A DNA stretch of 49,138 bases from an uncultured bacterium (GTDB lineage Bacteria; Chlamydiota; Chlamydiia; Chlamydiales; SM23-39): assembly GCA_964644465.1 (NCBI GenBank), contig CAZXVU010000003.1, forward strand, positions 1-49,138. Direction: 5' to 3'. The notes beneath the pieces were generated by a model that was given only the letters and a program-made list of their open reading frames with translations, did not search any database and was not told where the DNA came from. Of this stretch, positions 44,145 through 49,138 are shown in pieces. The position numbers and the translations under genes were made by a program. Positions within the stretch are counted from its first letter, which is position 1. Each line of letters starts with the position of its first letter.

Positions 44145-44588
44145 TTACCTCTTTGCCGAATCGCTGAATTCTGTGATGACCCGCAAGATCCTGTCCAATT
44201 CCATTTGCGCTTCTAATGAAGAAGGTTCCTTTTGGATCATTTTGTGCAAAAGTTCTCTCTCCTGAAGGAACAGAGCGGATATTTCCATCTGTAGCAGGTA
44301 AGCGTATTTTTGGGGATCTGATTCTATCTGCTGAATCTGTTTTTCGATTTCATCTACGCGCTTCCGAATGAGAGCTAACTGAGCCTGGTGGATCTCTTTA
44401 TTTAAGTGGGTAATTTCTTCTTCCGCATTTCTCTGGCTTTTCTGAGCGATCTCTCTTTTCTTCTCAAGCTGTTCGATCTTTTGTTTCTGTTTTTTAGAGC
44501 TTAATTCCTTCACAATGGGCTGCCCATCTCCGAAAGACATGAATCCCGAGCAAGATGTAAGAAGTAGCAAGATGAACGATATTTTCAT
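44145..44588 (-). CDS. Coiled-coil lipoprotein
   Basis: [15 protein letters not shown] lipobox, then a K/E/Q-rich heptad sequence. The start overlaps the upstream stop (ATGA). Confidence 0.55.
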   Translation of the reverse strand: MKISFILLLLTSCSGFMSFGDGQPIVKELSSKKQKQKIEQLEKKREIAQKSQRNAEEEITHLNKEIHQAQLALIRKRVDEIEKQIQQIESDPQKYAYLLQMEISALFLQERELLHKMIQKEPSSLEAQMELDRILRVITEFSDSAKR

Positions 44589-45727
44589 TTTAAACCGTCG
44601 ACAAATTCACGGAATTCCGGATTGTCTTTAATGGCCTGGAACTCTTCTTCATTCAATACCGCGTCCACATCAAAACTTCCTTCCTGCCATGCTGTCTGAA
44701 GCCACCCTCCTGAATGCTTGGGCTGCTTCAAATAAGCGAAGGCGCGGGCATTGCCCAAAGCCATCTGTTGGCTTGGCGAAACTTGATAACAGCTCGCTGA
44801 CAATTCAGCAACTAAGGGATAATTTTTTTGTTCCGCGGCCAATTGGTGCAGAACGCAACGCGAATCATCCGCCAGATGTTCTTTAATGGGCAATAGAAGA
44901 TCGTAGGCTTCCTTTTTCTTCCCTTCCTGCATCAAAAGAAACGCTAAATATTGCGTTGCAGCGTTAGCAAGCAGCCCCTTAGAGACTTTGCTGAGCACTT
45001 CTTCCAATAACCGTTTCGCCTCATCTCTTTTTCCTTCCTGCAATGCAGCTTCGGCTTGAATCAAAAGCTGCTTATTATTCTCTTCGCGGTCATCGCGAGT
45101 TGCATAACGGCTTTTCCGCCATGAATCAAAACTCTGGAAGGCAAAAAGAAAGAAAAAAGCCCCGATCAAGAAAGCTTGCATGATGAAAAAATAAAAAGAG
45201 ATCCCAGCCGCAATGATGGCTCCGATCAAAAGAGAGGCTCTAAATCCTTTTACGCCGAAACTTGCCTCTAAAATAATCCGCAGCAATTGTCCACCATCGA
45301 GAGGAAGCACAGGAAGCAGATTGATCACAGTCCAAAAGAGATTTGCAATCTGGGTTGCTTTGAGGATCCCTTGCCACACAGGCCAACTGGACCAGTCCAT
45401 TTGCAGGATCAGAGTCGCTATCAAAAAAAGGATGAAGCCGAATAAAGGACCATCAAAGGTAATTAAAAACTGTTTCCAGAAATTCAGCTTGGGCCCTTCA
45501 TAAGAAGTGACGCCGCCTAGAGCAATTAATTGAATCCCTGTTTTTTGTTTGAACAGCAGAGCCGTTAGAGCATGGCCGAACTCATGAAATAAAACGGAAA
45601 CGAAAATGATCCCTACCCAAATGAGCATGCCCATCAACGTGCCGCTGTTCATCCAACCAATCAAGGCTGCAAAAATCCAAAAAAATGGATGGATCGCAAC
45701 AGGGATTCTGCCAGGGAAAACAATCAT
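44585..45727 (-). CDS. M50 (site-2 protease) family membrane metalloprotease fused to a C-terminal TPR-like domain
   Basis: HEFGHAL, second motif [14 protein letters not shown], then a soluble region [21 protein letters not shown]...[13 protein letters not shown]. Confidence 0.8.
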   Translation of the reverse strand: MIVFPGRIPVAIHPFFWIFAALIGWMNSGTLMGMLIWVGIIFVSVLFHEFGHALTALLFKQKTGIQLIALGGVTSYEGPKLNFWKQFLITFDGPLFGFILFLIATLILQMDWSSWPVWQGILKATQIANLFWTVINLLPVLPLDGGQLLRIILEASFGVKGFRASLLIGAIIAAGISFYFFIMQAFLIGAFFFLFAFQSFDSWRKSRYATRDDREENNKQLLIQAEAALQEGKRDEAKRLLEEVLSKVSKGLLANAATQYLAFLLMQEGKKKEAYDLLLPIKEHLADDSRCVLHQLAAEQKNYPLVAELSASCYQVSPSQQMALGNARAFAYLKQPKHSGGWLQTAWQEGSFDVDAVLNEEEFQAIKDNPEFREFVDGLK

Positions 45728-46605
45728 TTTTTCTCCTGTATGGCCTTAGCAATCGCACGGCCCATATCAGCAGGGCTCTTTGTCAGCGTCGCGCCCGCTT
45801 TTTTGAAGGCTTCATATTTTTCGGCTGCTGTTCCTTTGCCGCCTGAAATGATCGCGCCTGCATGCCCCATACGCTTTCCTGGAGGAGCTGTAGCCCCTGC
45901 GATAAAAACAGCAACGGGCTTCTTGCAATGCTTATGAATCCAATCCGCAGCTTGTTCTTCAGCGTCGCCGCCGATTTCTCCAATGAGAAGGATAGCTTCC
46001 GTTTCAGGGTCCTCTTGAAAGAGCTTCAGGATATCGATAAAATTCGTTCCATTGAGAGGATCTCCTCCGATCCCAACGCAAGTAGATTGCCCCAAGCCTA
46101 GATTTGTCGTTTGCCAGACTGCCTCGTAGGTCAATGTTCCAGAACGGGAAACAATTCCCACCTTCCCTTTTCGATGGATATATCCTGGCATGATGCCGAT
46201 CTTGCATTCGCCGGGAGTAATTAAGCCGGGACAATTGGGTCCAATGAGACGAGATGTCTTGGAGGCGTTCATGACCCGCTTCACTTCGAGCATATCGCGG
46301 ATAGGCACTCCTTCCGTGATGCATACGATGAGGGGGATTCCTGCATCTTCCGCTTCCAAGATCGCATCTGCGCAATAAGGCGCCGGAACAAAGATGAGAG
46401 TGGCATCGGGATGGACCGACTTCTTCGCTTCCCAAACTGTATCGAATACATGAACTCCGAGGATCTCTTGCCCTCCCTTTCCAGGAGTGACGCCGCCGAC
46501 AATCTTTGTTCCATATTCTTTGCATTGCTCAGCGTGGAAACTGCCAGCTTGTCCTGTGATTCCCTGCACGATCACTTTCGTTTTTTTATTCACTAAGATC
46601 GCCAT
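45724..46605 (-). CDS. sucD: Succinyl-CoA synthetase alpha subunit
   Basis: [43 protein letters not shown] (phosphohistidine loop). Confidence 0.95.
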   Translation of the reverse strand: MAILVNKKTKVIVQGITGQAGSFHAEQCKEYGTKIVGGVTPGKGGQEILGVHVFDTVWEAKKSVHPDATLIFVPAPYCADAILEAEDAGIPLIVCITEGVPIRDMLEVKRVMNASKTSRLIGPNCPGLITPGECKIGIMPGYIHRKGKVGIVSRSGTLTYEAVWQTTNLGLGQSTCVGIGGDPLNGTNFIDILKLFQEDPETEAILLIGEIGGDAEEQAADWIHKHCKKPVAVFIAGATAPPGKRMGHAGAIISGGKGTAAEKYEAFKKAGATLTKSPADMGRAIAKAIQEKK

Positions 46606-47771
46606 TATTTCCCCTTTGCAGCCTTTACGACCAAATTTGCTGCTGTTTCCAAATCGTCCGCAGTAGTGATCTTCATGTGGCTCTCTTTAAAAAGGCGCTT
46701 CCCTTCTTCGACATTCGTTCCTTCCATACGGACAACGATCGGAATTTTGATGCGATATTCTTTTGCTGCATGGATCACTCCTTCCGCCAAAGTCGCGCAG
46801 TTCATGATGCCGCCAAAGATATTGACCAAAACAGCTTTGACTTTGGGATCCGATAAAATAATCCGGAACCCTTCGGCGACTTTTTCTTTCGAAGCGCCTC
46901 CGCCGACATCGAGAAAATTTGCAGGAGAGGCTCCATGAAGCTGGATGATGTCCATCGTCGCCATGGCAAGACCTGCACCATTGACCATGCAGCCGATATC
47001 TCCATGCATGGCAATGTAGGCGAGATCGAATTCCTTCGCAGCCGCCTCTTGAGGAGAAACCTGCGTCGGATCGTAATACGATAAAATTTCCGACTGTCTG
47101 AAGAGCGCGTTATCATCCACGCTCAATTTGGCATCGATCGCTACGATATCGCCATGCGGCGTCCTGACCAATGGATTGATTTCTAAAAGCGAAGCATCTG
47201 TATCAATAAAGCATTTCGCCAAATTCTGCGCGAGCTGCGCCCCTTTTTTAGCCTGGTCTCCAGTCCATCCCATGAACTTCGTCAATCTAAGCAATTGATA
47301 CGATCTCAGTTTTCCGTCGAAGCTGAAAGGCATCTTTAAAATCTTTTCAGGCATTTTATGGGCGATCTCTTCGATTTCCATTCCCCCTTCAGGAGATGCA
47401 ATCAAAATAGGTACCGCCCTGTCACGATCGACAACGGCCCCTAAATAATATTCCTTTTCGATATCGACCGGCTTTGCAATCAAAATCTTTTTTGCGACGA
47501 CTCCCTCAGGCCCTGTCTGTTGATTGATCATCTTCATCCCAATGAGATGCTTCGCAATCTGGCCGATTTCTTCCTTCGATTTGGCGAATTTCACACCGCC
47601 TGCTTTTCCCCTTCCACCGGCATGTACTTGAATCTTAAGGACCGCCTGGGTCAAGTGGAGCTCATCGGCAATCCTCCTAGCCTCCTCTACAGAGGATGCG
47701 ACCCCGAAATCAGGGATGGGAATCCCATATTTTTTTAAAATTTTTTTTGCCTGATATTCATGTAGGTTCAT
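46605..47771 (-). CDS. sucC: Succinyl-CoA synthetase beta subunit
   Basis: [57 protein letters not shown]. The stop overlaps the sucD ATG by 1 nt. Confidence 0.95.
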   Translation of the reverse strand: MNLHEYQAKKILKKYGIPIPDFGVASSVEEARRIADELHLTQAVLKIQVHAGGRGKAGGVKFAKSKEEIGQIAKHLIGMKMINQQTGPEGVVAKKILIAKPVDIEKEYYLGAVVDRDRAVPILIASPEGGMEIEEIAHKMPEKILKMPFSFDGKLRSYQLLRLTKFMGWTGDQAKKGAQLAQNLAKCFIDTDASLLEINPLVRTPHGDIVAIDAKLSVDDNALFRQSEILSYYDPTQVSPQEAAAKEFDLAYIAMHGDIGCMVNGAGLAMATMDIIQLHGASPANFLDVGGGASKEKVAEGFRIILSDPKVKAVLVNIFGGIMNCATLAEGVIHAAKEYRIKIPIVVRMEGTNVEEGKRLFKESHMKITTADDLETAANLVVKAAKGK

Positions 47772-47846
47772 GGGCGGATACCATTTCTTTATTTAGAAAA
47801 TAGTTATGTGCTAGAATAGGGTTTACGATCAACACTCTTCAAAAGA

Positions 47847-48746
47847 ATGTTTACTTTTTTTAAAAAACTCGCCTCTCCGTTTGCGAAACTGAAGTCGCTC
47901 CTCTCTCAAAAAATCCGCTCGATTTTTTCCCGCGGCTATGACGAGACGGCCTTTGAGCATTTGGAACAGCTTTTTTACGAAGCAGACCTCGGAGCTGCCC
48001 TCTCCGCCGAACTTGTTGATAAAATCCGCTCTCAATCGCGCAAAAATCCCTCCCTCACTACTGACCAGATCCTCGCATTTGTCAAAGAAGAACTTCTCGG
48101 CCTTTTCACCCTCTTCCCGCCCATCAGCGCAGCTGCACCCCACGTCATCCTCATCGTCGGCGTCAATGGCAGCGGAAAAACAACAACACTGGCAAAACTC
48201 GCTACGCACTACCGCAATGAAGGAAAAAAAGTCCTCATCGCCGCCGGAGACACATTCCGCGCTGCGGCTGTTGAACAACTTGAAACTTGGGCCAAGCGCG
48301 CTTCTGTCGAACTCATAAAATCGCAGCCCAATAGCGATCCCTCGGGAGTCGTTTTCGACGCACTCGCAGCTGCAAAGGCACGTTCCATCGATATCGTCCT
48401 CATCGACACGGCAGGACGTCTCCAGACAAAAACCGATCTCATGCACGAACTGGCAAAAGTGCGCCGCATCTGCCAAAAACAAATCCCCGACTCCCCTCAC
48501 GAAACGCTTCTCGTCCTCGATGCAACCGTCGGGCAAAATGCGCTCGACCAAGCCCAAACCTTCCATCAATACACTCCCATTACAGGAATCGTATTGACTA
48601 AACTCGACGGCAGCGCCAAAGGCGGAATCGCAGCCGCCATTCAAAGACAGCTCAAGATCCCCATCCGCTGGGTCGGCACAGGCGAAACCGCCGAGGACAT
48701 CGCCCCCTTCGATCCCCAAAGCTACATCGATGCTCTTCTAGGATAA
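47847..48746 (+). CDS. ftsY: Signal recognition particle receptor FtsY (short form, NG domain only)
   Basis: GVNGSGKTTTLAKLA, AAGDTFRAAA, DTAGRL, TKLDGSAKGG. Confidence 0.95.
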   Translation: MFTFFKKLASPFAKLKSLLSQKIRSIFSRGYDETAFEHLEQLFYEADLGAALSAELVDKIRSQSRKNPSLTTDQILAFVKEELLGLFTLFPPISAAAPHVILIVGVNGSGKTTTLAKLATHYRNEGKKVLIAAGDTFRAAAVEQLETWAKRASVELIKSQPNSDPSGVVFDALAAAKARSIDIVLIDTAGRLQTKTDLMHELAKVRRICQKQIPDSPHETLLVLDATVGQNALDQAQTFHQYTPITGIVLTKLDGSAKGGIAAAIQRQLKIPIRWVGTGETAEDIAPFDPQSYIDALLG

Positions 48747-48809
48747 GTTTCTCTTCGCAAAAATGGATCCAGTTTCATAGAATGCTCCCTCTTTTCTGAC
48801 GAGGAATTC

Positions 48810-49138
48810 ATGATCCGGTCTCTCATCTTTGCTTTCATTGTTTCTCTAGAAACTCTTTGGTCATTGACTCCGCAAGAAGTCGATTTCCTTGTGGAACAAA
48901 TGATGGAGGAATGGAAGATTCCCGGCTTGTCCATAGCTGTCATCCACAAAGGGGAAGAAGTGCGTGTTGCTGGATATGGAGTCAGGAAGAGAGACACTGA
49001 TGAAACTGTAGACGCAGAAACGCTTTTTCAGATCAATTCACTCACGAAAGCATTCACTTCTCTTACAGTCAATATGTTGGTGGAAGAGAGACGGCTCGAT
49101 TTCGACACTCCGATTCGATTCTATCTTCCCAACTTTCG
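48810..49138 (+). CDS. Serine hydrolase of the beta-lactamase / class C-PBP family, N-terminal fragment; runs off the right edge
   Basis: Own translation from ATG 48810: MIRSLIFAFIVSLETLWSLTPQEVDFLVEQMMEEWKIPGLSIAVIHKGEEV...LFQINSLTKAFTS (SxxK nucleophile motif). Confidence 0.7.
   Translation, partial: MIRSLIFAFIVSLETLWSLTPQEVDFLVEQMMEEWKIPGLSIAVIHKGEEVRVAGYGVRKRDTDETVDAETLFQINSLTKAFTSLTVNMLVEERRLDFDTPIRFYLPNF

Noticed and set aside
46004-46525. 173-aa alternative-frame ORF inside sucD; similar cases at 43549-44004 in the MFS gene, 37670-38125 opposite the PreP-like gene and 20941-21396 opposite the esterase
   Set aside because: All overlap CDSs with strong family motifs, and their Arg/Ser/Trp-rich products have no recognisable domain.
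47829-48719. 296-aa ORF on the minus strand spanning almost all of ftsY
   Set aside because: It is exactly antisense to a CDS with complete FtsY NG-domain motifs. Its own translation is low-complexity (Gly/Asp/Cys/Phe-rich) with no motif or RBS, so it is a shadow frame.
1-49138. Search for CRISPR arrays, rRNA/tRNA genes, transposases, integrases, phage genes and long dispersed repeats
   Set aside because: None was seen. The largest non-coding gaps are about 300 bp, and no spacer-repeat periodicity, T-loop motif or recombinase motif was found by eye.

Overview
Dense, about 90% coding chromosomal segment. I call 50 CDS, two of them cut by the window edges. I found no rRNA, tRNA, CRISPR array, transposase or integrase. 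The gene content points to a Chlamydia-like bacterium, probably an environmental or amoeba-associated lineage with roughly 40-45% GC by eye. The markers are nrdA with repeated N-terminal ATP-cones, a class Ic nrdB (Phe at the radical-Tyr position), HtrA, an M16C PreP-like protease, sucCD, a short ftsY, pssA, rmuC, PIN-PhoH, ABC-F, a DEAD-box helicase, udk and pip. The backbone is housekeeping, but several stretches deserve a second look. (1) A translationally coupled YnbA-like / CdsA(YnbB)-like / PlsC-like lipid module (7265-9917) with a variant CDP-alcohol motif, separate from pssA. (2) A eukaryote/fungal-type G1 (eqolisin) glutamic peptidase next to two odd low-complexity exported proteins (11234-12990). 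(3) A 300-nt nrdA-nrdB spacer made almost entirely of small hairpins. (4) A GC-rich structured island bounded by a 14-bp inverted repeat (19479-19677). (5) Normally cytosolic enzymes carrying signal-peptide-like extensions. (6) A divergent pair of orphan genes, one with an HExxH motif, around an AT-rich spacer (39874-42823). (7) An island of small genes that includes an extremely basic protein. All functional calls come from motif reading by eye; no database search was possible.
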